NCBI GenBank assembly: GCA_033762915.1
Contig: JANRLD010000088.1
Coordinates: 1 to 62,546 of the forward strand
Length of the DNA stretch: 62,546 nt
Source of the DNA: Meiothermus sp.
Lineage (GTDB): Bacteria; Deinococcota; Deinococci; Deinococcales; Thermaceae
Reading direction: 5' to 3'
Each line of letters begins with the position of its first letter. The stretch's first letter is position 1. This document shows positions 9,724-21,009 of the stretch, piece by piece. A program made the translations under genes and the position numbers. A model generated the notes under the pieces. That model worked only from the letters and a program-made list of their open reading frames with translations, was not told the DNA's origin and did no database searches.

Positions 9724-10574
9724 GCTCGAGCCTCGGGTGCCAGTTCGAAAACAGCCATCTCGGCTGGTACGTTGCGAAGCGGAATCCCGGAGACCCCAAG
9801 GCCGGTGGAGACGTAGGCGCTCACCGGCTCGGCAGACCAGCCCGCCCGGAAGCGCTGGCCGTAGCGTGAGGGCGTCCAGGGCGAGCCGAGGAGGGGAAAG
9901 TGAAGTTGACCGCCGTGGGTGTGCCCGCAGAGGGTGAGGTCCACCGCAGCCGGAACACCGGGCAGGTAATCGGGGTTGTGGCACATCAGGATGGACGCAG
10001 CGGCCTCAGGACACTCGGCCATAGCGGCATGCGCATCCGGTCGGCCGTACCACAGGTCGTCCACGCCAGCCACGTAGAGATCCGGGCGAACCAGCCTGCC
10101 CCGATTGGTGAGCACGTGGATGCCATAGCCCTCGAGCTCGCGCTCAAACCGCGCCATCTCGTCGGGGGCTGCGTAGTCGTGGTTGCCCCAGACCGCAAAG
10201 ACCCCGAGCGGGGCCTTTAGCTGTTTGATCTCTGCCAGCAGCAAGCCAACTTCAGTACTCAGGGTTGCTTTAAGGCGACCTCGGACAGAGTCCTGGTGCG
10301 ACGCGGTGTCGAGGATGTCGCCTGTGATGAGGATGAGGTCTGGGTGTTGCTCGAGGGCCGCCCCGACCCAAACCTTCACCGAGTCGGCGTGAATGTAGGG
10401 GCCAAAGTGCAGGTCGGAAAGTTGGAGGACGCGGATGGGCTGAGTCAGCTTAGCCAGGGTTCTTTGGTGTTTGGTGACCTCAAACCGATAAGCTCCCGCG
10501 ACCGCAAGGCTCGAAGCCCCCACTACGGCCAGACCTGTAAGGCCAGCGGCGCTCAGGAAACGTCGGCGGTTCAT
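9720..10574 (-). CDS. Tat-signal metallophosphoesterase (paralog)
   Basis: MNRRRFL; DLH, GD, GNHD, GHTHGGQ. 4-nt GTGA overlap with the next gene. Confidence 0.88.
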   Translation of the reverse strand: MNRRRFLSAAGLTGLAVVGASSLAVAGAYRFEVTKHQRTLAKLTQPIRVLQLSDLHFGPYIHADSVKVWVGAALEQHPDLILITGDILDTASHQDSVRGRLKATLSTEVGLLLAEIKQLKAPLGVFAVWGNHDYAAPDEMARFERELEGYGIHVLTNRGRLVRPDLYVAGVDDLWYGRPDAHAAMAECPEAAASILMCHNPDYLPGVPAAVDLTLCGHTHGGQLHFPLLGSPWTPSRYGQRFRAGWSAEPVSAYVSTGLGVSGIPLRNVPAEMAVFELAPEARA

Positions 10575-10611
10575 CCCACTGAGATTAGCAGGAATCGGCG
10601 ATACGGGGGGT

Positions 10612-10650
10612 GAAAAAAGCCTCGAGCAAGGAAACCCTGGGCGCTCGGCC
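10612..10650 (-). terminator. Probable intrinsic terminator after secA
   Basis: Imperfect GC stem followed by TTTTTT on the minus strand. Confidence 0.5.
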
Positions 10651-10680
10651 CGTCTGGCTTCGGATACCCGCCGTCCGCCC

Positions 10681-13746
<3,066 letters not shown>

Positions 13747-13832
13747 AGCCAAACGAGATTCTACCCTGTCTGGATGAGAATGAGTGTTCGCCGAGAGAAT
13801 GTGGGGTTTTGGCTGAGGCGGGCGCCGCAGGG

Positions 13833-14258
13833 CTACACGGGAATGTCCGCCGCCGTGATGAACTTCGGGCGCACCCAGCGAACCTCCTCGAGGCTGGCGT
13901 CGTAGCGGATAATCGCGGCGATTCGGCCCCGGCTGTAGACCTGGTGGGGCTTCTTGGGGATGAAGGCGGTCACGATGTCCACGTGCCGGGGGTTGAGGTA
14001 CTCCAACACCACGTGCAGGGGCAACCGGAGGTTGGGCGGGAAGACCATGTAGCCCAGCACCAGCATCCGCTGATCCTCGGGGTAGACGGCCATCTCTCGG
14101 CCCCACTCGACCGCCTGCAGCACGTCGTGCTCGATGAAGCCCTCTTGCAGCATGTGCCGCGCCACGTGGTTGCCGATGCGGTAGCGGCCCTCGCGGATCA
14201 GGGGGAGGAGCTCCGCGAGCCGCCGCATTTTGCGTTTCGGGCGATGGGCAGGATTCAC
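13833..14258 (-). CDS. DUF4258-like protein (start 14258 or 14228)
   Basis: H(V)ARHMLQEG...D(V)LQAV..G...YPED..LVLG....PLHVV....IVTAF.P pattern. Confidence 0.65.
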   Translation of the reverse strand: MNPAHRPKRKMRRLAELLPLIREGRYRIGNHVARHMLQEGFIEHDVLQAVEWGREMAVYPEDQRMLVLGYMVFPPNLRLPLHVVLEYLNPRHVDIVTAFIPKKPHQVYSRGRIAAIIRYDASLEEVRWVRPKFITAADIPV

Positions 14259-14352
14259 GGGTCGTCACCGCCAATCAAAAACCCCACAGGTCAGCGTGGG
14301 GTCAAGGTCTCGATCTGCATTAACCCCAAAATCCGGCCCGGGGTTGAAACGA

Positions 14353-14967
14353 TTATAGGGAAAACTCGGAAAGTGTGTGTGGGCTCTTTACCGCAATTGC
14401 CGCCCCGTGAACCTTGGCAGCCCCGGCCTCGAGCAGCGCCGCCCTGGCCCGTTTGTAGGTGGTCCCAGTGGTCAAAACGTCGTCGATCAGCAACCAGACG
14501 CCCCCTACCTTGGCGGTGGCCCGGAAGCTGTCTTCAGGCAGGGCCAGCCGCTCGGCCAAGGTTTTCTTGGTCTGGGACTTGGTGTAGACGGCCCGCTGTA
14601 GGACGGGTTTGAAGGGAACTTTCAGCGCCTCGGCCGCCGCCCTTGCCAGCAGCTCAGACTGGTTGTAGCCCCGCTGGGCCTGGCGGTGGAGCATGGTCGG
14701 AACTGCCGTGACTCCCGCCAGTTGCCACTCGGCTTGCCGTACCCCGAGGGCCATTTTCCGCCCCAAGACCTCGGCCAGCTTGCTCTGCCCGCCGTACTTG
14801 ATCGAGCGAGACAGCCGCCCGAAGCGCTGGTAATCGCCCAGGTACACAAACCCCGGCACATGGCGGGGAACCAAGGCGTGCTCGCACTCGAGGCAGATTG
14901 TGGCCCGCGTCAGCGGCGTGTCGCAACCAGGACACTTGAGTCCGAAGAGCTGTTCAAAAATACCCAT
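14353..14967 (-). CDS. comF: ComF family protein (zinc ribbon plus PRTase fold)
   Basis: CPGC/CLEC, RGYNQSELLA, LLIDDVLTTGTT. Confidence 0.85.
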   Translation of the reverse strand: MGIFEQLFGLKCPGCDTPLTRATICLECEHALVPRHVPGFVYLGDYQRFGRLSRSIKYGGQSKLAEVLGRKMALGVRQAEWQLAGVTAVPTMLHRQAQRGYNQSELLARAAAEALKVPFKPVLQRAVYTKSQTKKTLAERLALPEDSFRATAKVGGVWLLIDDVLTTGTTYKRARAALLEAGAAKVHGAAIAVKSPHTLSEFSL

Positions 14968-15048
14968 ATCTAAGGTCGGGTAAGGCTGAGCGCAGGCTTG
15001 TATCGCCGACCTCACTGAGGTGTTGCGCAGACCGACGGCCGGCGCGCC

Positions 15049-16038
15049 CTAGTCCAAGGCAATGCCCAGGGCCGCACGAATGGAGTCGGTGAAGGGCGGA
15101 TACAGCACGCCCTTCTCGGTTACCACCCCCGTTACCAGACGGTGCGGGGTCACGTCGAAGGCCGGGTGGGCGGCAGGAAAGTCCTTGGGAGCAATGGGGT
15201 TGCCCCGAACTACGGTGACCTCGAGGGCCGAGCGCTGCTCGATGGGGATGTCCTGGCCGGTCTCGAGCTTGGGGTCAACCGAGGAGAGCGGCAGGGCGGG
15301 ATAGAAGGGAATGCCGTGGAACTGGGCCAACACCCCCACCCCGTAGGTGCCGATCTTGTTGGCAAAGTCGCCGTTGAGGGCCATGCGGTCGGTGCCCAAA
15401 ATGACCGCGTCCACCTGCCCTTTGGCCATGAAGTAGGCGGCCATGTTGTCCGAGATCAGGGTGGCTGCTACCCCGGCTTTTTGGAGTTCATAGGCGGTCA
15501 GGCGGGCTCCCTGGAGGTAGGGGCGGGTCTCGTCCACCCAGACGTGCTTTACCCGGCCCTGGCGGTAGCCCTCGATGATGGCCCCCAGCGCCGTCCCGTA
15601 GCCCCCGGTGGCCAGGGGCCCAGTGTTGCAGTGGGTGAGCACCTGCCCCTTAAGCACCCTGGCCCCGTGCTGGCTGATGGCCAGTTCGGTCTGCTCCACC
15701 TCGTCCCAGATGGCCCGGGCCTCGGCCAAACTGGCCTCGAGGCTCCCCCAGTGCGGCCTCATGCGGTCGAGGGCGTAGAACAAATTGACCGCCGTCGGGC
15801 GGCTTTCGCGCAGCACCTTGTCGGCCTCGGCGGGGTTCTCGCCGGCAAGATGGGCCAGCACCATCCCGTAGCCTGCCGTCACCCCGATGGCGGGCGCACC
15901 CCGCACCACCATGTCGCGGATGCCCGCCGCCGCCTCGACAGCGTTGCGGCAGGGCACCCAGACCTCCTCAAAGGGCAGCAGCTTCTGGTCGAGCAGGTGA
16001 AAGACGTTATTCTCCCAGCGGAAAGGGACCACGCGCAT
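15049..16038 (-). CDS. mtnA: S-methyl-5-thioribose-1-phosphate isomerase
   Basis: MVVRGAPAIG, LTHCNTGPLAT, DETRPYLQGARLT, ANKIGTY, FDVTP. Confidence 0.95.
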   Translation of the reverse strand: MRVVPFRWENNVFHLLDQKLLPFEEVWVPCRNAVEAAAGIRDMVVRGAPAIGVTAGYGMVLAHLAGENPAEADKVLRESRPTAVNLFYALDRMRPHWGSLEASLAEARAIWDEVEQTELAISQHGARVLKGQVLTHCNTGPLATGGYGTALGAIIEGYRQGRVKHVWVDETRPYLQGARLTAYELQKAGVAATLISDNMAAYFMAKGQVDAVILGTDRMALNGDFANKIGTYGVGVLAQFHGIPFYPALPLSSVDPKLETGQDIPIEQRSALEVTVVRGNPIAPKDFPAAHPAFDVTPHRLVTGVVTEKGVLYPPFTDSIRAALGIALD

Positions 16039-16241
16039 AGACAGAAGTTTACCGGCGTCGGGAGTCGAGCGTCGAGGGTTGAGGGAACAAAGCCTGTGAA
16101 GTTGGGTATACGCCTTTGCCGAATAAGTGCTTCCAGATTTGGCAGATTGGCGGCCGGACACGAAACGGAGTTCTTCGGCTCAACACCGGAGATGCTTTCC
16201 TCTTTTTCTGCCTGCTGCTTCCCCCTTGCCTCTACCCTATC

Positions 16242-17486
16242 TCACCTGGGCACCCCCCGAATCGCCCCCGCCCGCATCCGCTGTAAGAACCGCTCCTCGG
16301 TCAGCCGCCCGGCCAGGTAGTCGCTGAGGTCGCGCTCGGCCTTGCCGGTCTGGATCATATTGGCCAGAATCCAGAACTGCTCGAGCCGGATCTTGTTGGT
16401 CTGCCGTAGGCCGCCCAACTTCAACAGACGGGGGTCGGCCCTGGACCCGGCGGGGATGCCCGGCACCGCGCCCGCATTCACCAGGAAGATGAACTGGGTG
16501 TTGCTCAGGTAGCCCTCCAGGTAGAAGCGAAGGTCGGCGGGCGACCGCCCGCTGTCAACCAGGGCCGCCAGCAGGTCGAACTGGTCGCCGCTGATGTGGC
16601 TGCTCAACTTGAGGCGGGCCAGGCGATTCTTCGCGACAGCGTTGGGGTTGAGGGACAGCGGGAAGTCGCCGGGGCCGTAGAGCTTGGGGGTCTGCTCGTT
16701 GCCCTTCCTGCGGCTGAATTCCTCGACCCTGGCGGCCACATAGGCGTACGCCTCGCGCACCGTCACCACGCCATCGCCGTCCGCGTCGCCCGCGCCCCCC
16801 ATAGCCTCCAGCAAATACGCGGTGAAGACCCCGCCCTCGAGTTCCTCGTCCTCCCAGCTTGGCTGAGTGTCAGCGCTGCTGGCCAGAATCACGTCGCGGG
16901 TGTTCTCGGCCGGCGCATTAACCTGCGGGCTGTCGCGCCGCCCCGCGAGGGCGAAGGAGCGCGAGCCGGGCTGTGAGCGCCCGCTAAAGCAGGCGTCCAC
17001 GATTAGGATCAGTCGGCCCCGGTCGCGGCTGTACTGCCGGACCAGCGCCTGGATGGACTCCAGCGGCAGCCAGGTCTCCTCGTCGTTGGTCTTGGCGTCT
17101 GCGGGCATCAGGGAGGCTTGCCCCTTGGAGTTGGGCATTCCGTGCCCGGAGTAATAGATCAGCAGGGTGTCGTCGGTCTGAAGCTTACGGGCGATCTCGC
17201 GCAACTCAGCCTCGATGGCGGTCTTGGAGGCGTCGCTGTCGAGCATCACCCGCAGGCGGCCCACCGGTGAACGCTGGGTGTCGCGTAGCACCTGGGCCAT
17301 CTTGCGGGCGTCGCTCTCGGCGTAAGTGAGGGGGGGCATCCCCGGCGTCTGGGGGTAGGGGCGGTAGTTGTTAATCCCGATCAAAACAGCGTAGGTCTGG
17401 GGATTTGTGCTCTGGGCTGGGGCCGCACAGTTGAGGATAACGCCCACGCAGAGCGCCCACCGAAGCTGGCCCTTGCCCCTGAACAT
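16242..17486 (-). CDS. Secreted caspase-like (peptidase C14) protein with C-terminal tandem repeats
   Basis: Signal-like N-terminus, AVLIGINNY, YYSGHG (His), DACFSG (Cys), GGVFTAYLLEA, QTP. Two ~60-aa C-terminal repeats. Confidence 0.88.
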   Translation of the reverse strand: MFRGKGQLRWALCVGVILNCAAPAQSTNPQTYAVLIGINNYRPYPQTPGMPPLTYAESDARKMAQVLRDTQRSPVGRLRVMLDSDASKTAIEAELREIARKLQTDDTLLIYYSGHGMPNSKGQASLMPADAKTNDEETWLPLESIQALVRQYSRDRGRLILIVDACFSGRSQPGSRSFALAGRRDSPQVNAPAENTRDVILASSADTQPSWEDEELEGGVFTAYLLEAMGGAGDADGDGVVTVREAYAYVAARVEEFSRRKGNEQTPKLYGPGDFPLSLNPNAVAKNRLARLKLSSHISGDQFDLLAALVDSGRSPADLRFYLEGYLSNTQFIFLVNAGAVPGIPAGSRADPRLLKLGGLRQTNKIRLEQFWILANMIQTGKAERDLSDYLAGRLTEERFLQRMRAGAIRGVPR

Positions 17487-17927
17487 CGAAGTTTAACCGC
17501 GCCCTTTTTTCCAATACACCTCGAGACTGACCGCCTGAAAGCCGACCTCTTACCGGGATACTAAGAGCCACATGAAAACTCACTAAACTCCGCACCAGAC
17601 AGCAGTTAACCGAAGAGAAGACGTGGATAGCTAGTATATCACGGTACAAACCCTTTTCGCCACCCGTTTTTCGCGTGCCTGACGACACAACCCGTTGTGC
17701 AATTTTGGCATCTCACCACTAGATGTAGTCGCATGGACTCCAGCCCGTCATCTTCCGGTCTTTCCGCCCGCCGGGGCCAGTGTGCCCTCGAGGGGGCAGC
17801 TGCATCATTAAGGCCCCGACCCCTCGGCCCCGCCGAGTGCCCGGCACGTTCGTTCGCGGCGACCTTTTCGCGGGGGCCCCCCGGGCATTGGGAGGCTGCA
17901 AGATGCAGGGGCAATCCCCAGATCTCA

Positions 17928-18020
17928 GAGCAGTTCCCCCGAACACTCGATACGGCGGTTTTTGCCGTAGTAAGCGCAATACTCGGTGCTGTGGGCGGAG
18001 TATGGATGGGAAACGCGATC
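17928..18020 (+). repeat. REP-like modular repeat, family A
   Basis: gaacactcgatacggcggtttttgccgta plus gtgggcggagtatggatgggaaacgcgat modules. Confidence 0.7.
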
Positions 18021-18121
18021 AGGCCGCCCAGAGCGCCGCGACAGGTCGCCCTTGGCCCTGCATCCGCACTGGCCTCGAGGGTGCGAGAACCCGCCCCGGC
18101 GGTGGATAATCAGCCCAGCCC

Positions 18122-19474
18122 ATGTCCGCCCCCACTGAACCAACCCGCCCGGGCCACGTCCGGCCCTTCTCCTCGGCGCACGCCCGCAAGGCCCTGTGGC
18201 GCACGGCCCTGGTGGTACTGGTGATGCTTGCGTCCTCCTACATCCTCACCAACAACCTGCTGGGACCGCTGGGTGTGCTTGTGAAGGGCCCGCAGGGGGC
18301 CTCGCTGGACCGGCTGACGCGGGTGGTGCACAACTGGGGCTCCCCGGTGCCGGTGCGCGACTTCCCGCTGGTGGTGCTGGTGGAGCTGGGCCGCGATAGC
18401 GTGCAGACCCTTAGCCCGCAGGGCTACGTCTTCAACCGGGGGCAGATGGCCCGCATCACCGAGAAGATCCTGGAGTACAGGCCCAAAGGCGTCTTCTTCG
18501 ACTTCGACTTCTCCCAGCCCACCAACGAGGGCGGCGTGCTCTCGGCGGGGGACCGAAGGCTGCTCGAGGTCATGCGCCGTGCCGACGCCCCCGTCCTGAT
18601 CCCCGACCCCAACCTGATTAACCTCCCGCTGTCCCAGGTGAACCCCAACCTCCAGCGCGTCAGCGCCCAGGTGCTCTACGACTCCGACGGTCAGACCCGG
18701 CAGATTCCGCGACCCAGGGTCGGCCAGCCAGTGACGGCCTCGGTGGGGCTGTACTGTCTGGGGTTGGGCCTGCCCCTGGGGGACGGCTCGAGTTGCCCAT
18801 CCCTGTTCGGCGGAGCTTCCAGCGCCGACGGGAAGCGCATCGTCTACCGCGAAATCCGGCGCTTCGCCGCCAACACCGACGGGGCGCAGCTGTGGCCCAA
18901 CCTTGTGGTGATCGGGGGCCTCGAGCTGCTCCAGGGCGGCCTGGCCAAGACCCCCCAGACCGAAGGAGCCCTGTTCATGGTGGGCCGCACCTACCCCGAG
19001 GCCGCCGACGTCCACTTCACCGCCACCGGCCCCATCCACGGCATCGACATCCACCTCAACGCGCTGATGACCCTCGCAACCTACCGGCGCTTCTCCGAGA
19101 CGCTGGGCTGGGGGCCGGTGCTGGCCATCGTGCCGCTGGTGGTCTTCTTCGCGCTGTGGCTGACCTACTCCATCACCGACGTGTGGCTGGGCAACAGCCG
19201 CTTCCAGGGCTTCATCAAGGCCCTGATCGAAACCGCCATCACCGCCTGGTTCTTGTTCTTCGCCGGCGTATTAATCCTGCAATACCACGGCACCTTCCTG
19301 GACTACTTGTACCCCATTGTGGCCTTCCAGATGGGCTCGCTGCTGCTGGGCTTCTTCACGAGCGTAGGAGGCAAGAAGAATGGAAAGCACCCGCAACCCC
19401 AAAACGACCGCGGCGAGAGCGCCGGCGAGAACCTTAAGGGCGTGGCCGAGGAGACCGGGGGGAACCCCGGTTGA
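18122..19474 (+). CDS. CHASE2 domain membrane protein without output domain
   Basis: N-terminal TM; R..MARI....L..RPKGVFFDFDFS; YDSDG..RQIP; T..GPIHGIDIHLNAL; three C-terminal TMs then a short tail. Confidence 0.78.
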   Translation: MSAPTEPTRPGHVRPFSSAHARKALWRTALVVLVMLASSYILTNNLLGPLGVLVKGPQGASLDRLTRVVHNWGSPVPVRDFPLVVLVELGRDSVQTLSPQGYVFNRGQMARITEKILEYRPKGVFFDFDFSQPTNEGGVLSAGDRRLLEVMRRADAPVLIPDPNLINLPLSQVNPNLQRVSAQVLYDSDGQTRQIPRPRVGQPVTASVGLYCLGLGLPLGDGSSCPSLFGGASSADGKRIVYREIRRFAANTDGAQLWPNLVVIGGLELLQGGLAKTPQTEGALFMVGRTYPEAADVHFTATGPIHGIDIHLNALMTLATYRRFSETLGWGPVLAIVPLVVFFALWLTYSITDVWLGNSRFQGFIKALIETAITAWFLFFAGVLILQYHGTFLDYLYPIVAFQMGSLLLGFFTSVGGKKNGKHPQPQNDRGESAGENLKGVAEETGGNPG

Positions 19475-20345
19475 GCAGTCCAGCGGGAAATCGGGCAAGC
19501 GTGAAGGCGCCGGTGTGTTCCCCCCGCCTTACCTTCCTTGCTCCCTCTTCCCTGCTCCCTCCTTCCTGGGGCTGATTTCGGCCTGCTGCATCGTTCTTGG
19601 TTTGGGCCTCGCCCAGCGCGCCACCCTCGAGCTGAACGGGCGGGCCACACTCCAGCGGGCCGACCAAAGCGTGCAGAACTACAACCGCGCGGGCACCCCG
19701 GCACTGAACCTGACCCTGGCGGCGGGCGACCGGCTGTGCGTGACGCAGGGGTCGGGAAAGCTGACCTTCGGGGTCAAGAACTTCGCACTCGAGGCGGGCA
19801 AGGCGGCCTGCTTCGAGGTGGCCAAGCCCAAGAGCTTCTGGGACAGCCTGGTGGCGAGTTGCCAGGACATCGGGGTCTGCAAACAGCAGGCCCAGGCGGC
19901 CTTCGTGCGCGAGGCCAAGAGCCGCGACCTCGAGGGCGGCGTGCCTTACTTGTTCCTGCCCGCCGACTACGCGCTCACCAGCCTGACCCTCACCGTTGCG
20001 GCGGGCCGCACCTTGCGGCTTTTGGGCGAGGGCAACAAAGAGCTGGCCAGGCTCGAGGGCAGCGAGAAATTCGCGGTGCCGACCGAGCAGCTCAGGGGGG
20101 CGGCTCGAGTGGAGGTGCGAAACGCCAGCGATGTGGTGGTGTACAGCTCTCCCCTGCGCTGGGTCAACTTCGCCAGCGACGTGACCGCCAACAACCCCAA
20201 AGAGGCCGCCCTGGCCCTGTGGACGACCGGCGACGTAAGCTACGCCCCTGCCGCCTACAGCTACCTCTTGGCCGCCGGCGACGCCGAGTTGGCTGCGCTG
20301 ATCGAGACCCAGGTCAGGCGGGAGTTCCGCGGCACGATCCGCTAG
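19380..20345 (+). CDS. Secreted hypothetical protein with FecR-like N-terminal beta domain (start uncertain, possibly ~19514)
   Basis: LGLGLAQ signal cleavage motif. L.AGDRL.V..GSGKLTF resembles FecR-type beta repeats. Confidence 0.6.
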   Translation: MESTRNPKTTAARAPARTLRAWPRRPGGTPVEQSSGKSGKREGAGVFPPPYLPCSLFPAPSFLGLISACCIVLGLGLAQRATLELNGRATLQRADQSVQNYNRAGTPALNLTLAAGDRLCVTQGSGKLTFGVKNFALEAGKAACFEVAKPKSFWDSLVASCQDIGVCKQQAQAAFVREAKSRDLEGGVPYLFLPADYALTSLTLTVAAGRTLRLLGEGNKELARLEGSEKFAVPTEQLRGAARVEVRNASDVVVYSSPLRWVNFASDVTANNPKEAALALWTTGDVSYAPAAYSYLLAAGDAELAALIETQVRREFRGTIR

Positions 20346-20518
20346 GTGGAAAACAGCTGAACTGCGGATTGACGAACCGATGCGCCCGCCCGGGACTTGC
20401 ACCGGTGCTTTCCGGGTTGGGCATGTCTCGCATAGACCCGGGCACAACTTAGGGGTGTCGAGGTGATTGCAAGCCCCCACGCTTTTTGAGAGTGGCGTAG
20501 CCTCTACACTCTCGAGCC

Positions 20519-20782
20519 GTGCGTCTGGAAATTTGCACCGGCTGTCACGCTCGAGAGGGCGAGCTCGAGTTCGCGGCCTGGCTGGCGATGCTGGAGCGGA
20601 AGTTCGGCATCGGCTACTTCGGCGGCTCGGGGGGCGGCTTGGAGGTCGAGTTTGTGACCTGCCTTTCCCACTGCGAGCGGGGGTACTCGGTGGCGGTGGA
20701 GGATGAGGTGTTGGTGCTGGGCGACAGCGAGGAATTCGAGCTTTTGCTGGGCAGGCTCGAGCGGCTGGCGGCGATAGACTAA
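20519..20782 (+). CDS. Small Cys-rich thioredoxin-like [2Fe-2S]/metal-binding protein (DUF1636-like)
   Basis: ICTGC and CLSHC motifs. TACACT -10 just upstream of the GTG. Confidence 0.6.
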   Translation: MRLEICTGCHAREGELEFAAWLAMLERKFGIGYFGGSGGGLEVEFVTCLSHCERGYSVAVEDEVLVLGDSEEFELLLGRLERLAAID

Positions 20783-21009
20783 TTGGCGCTGGTTCGTAAC
20801 CGCAATACGTGGCCCCAGTACACAACGATGTGACCCACGCTCACAGCCCGCGCAGGAGAGGATTTGAAGGAACCTATTTGGGAGCGCGGCAGCACTGGGC
20901 ATCCTCCGGCTCGAGGCGGATTCGCACCCTTCCACTTGAACTGCCTGCCGCCCTGCCGCCCTTTACTTCTGCCCTGTCAAACAGTGTAGAATCCAGCCCA
21001 AGTGATCTT

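Noticed and set aside
13747..14274. 176-aa N-terminal extension of SecA in the ORF track
   Set aside because: It overlaps the DUF4258-like gene in another frame; SecA homology begins at MLGW (13746).
17487..18121. Hidden gene between the caspase and CHASE2 genes
   Set aside because: Candidate ORFs lack typical codon usage or motifs; the region is an AT-richer divergent promoter area plus a family A repeat.
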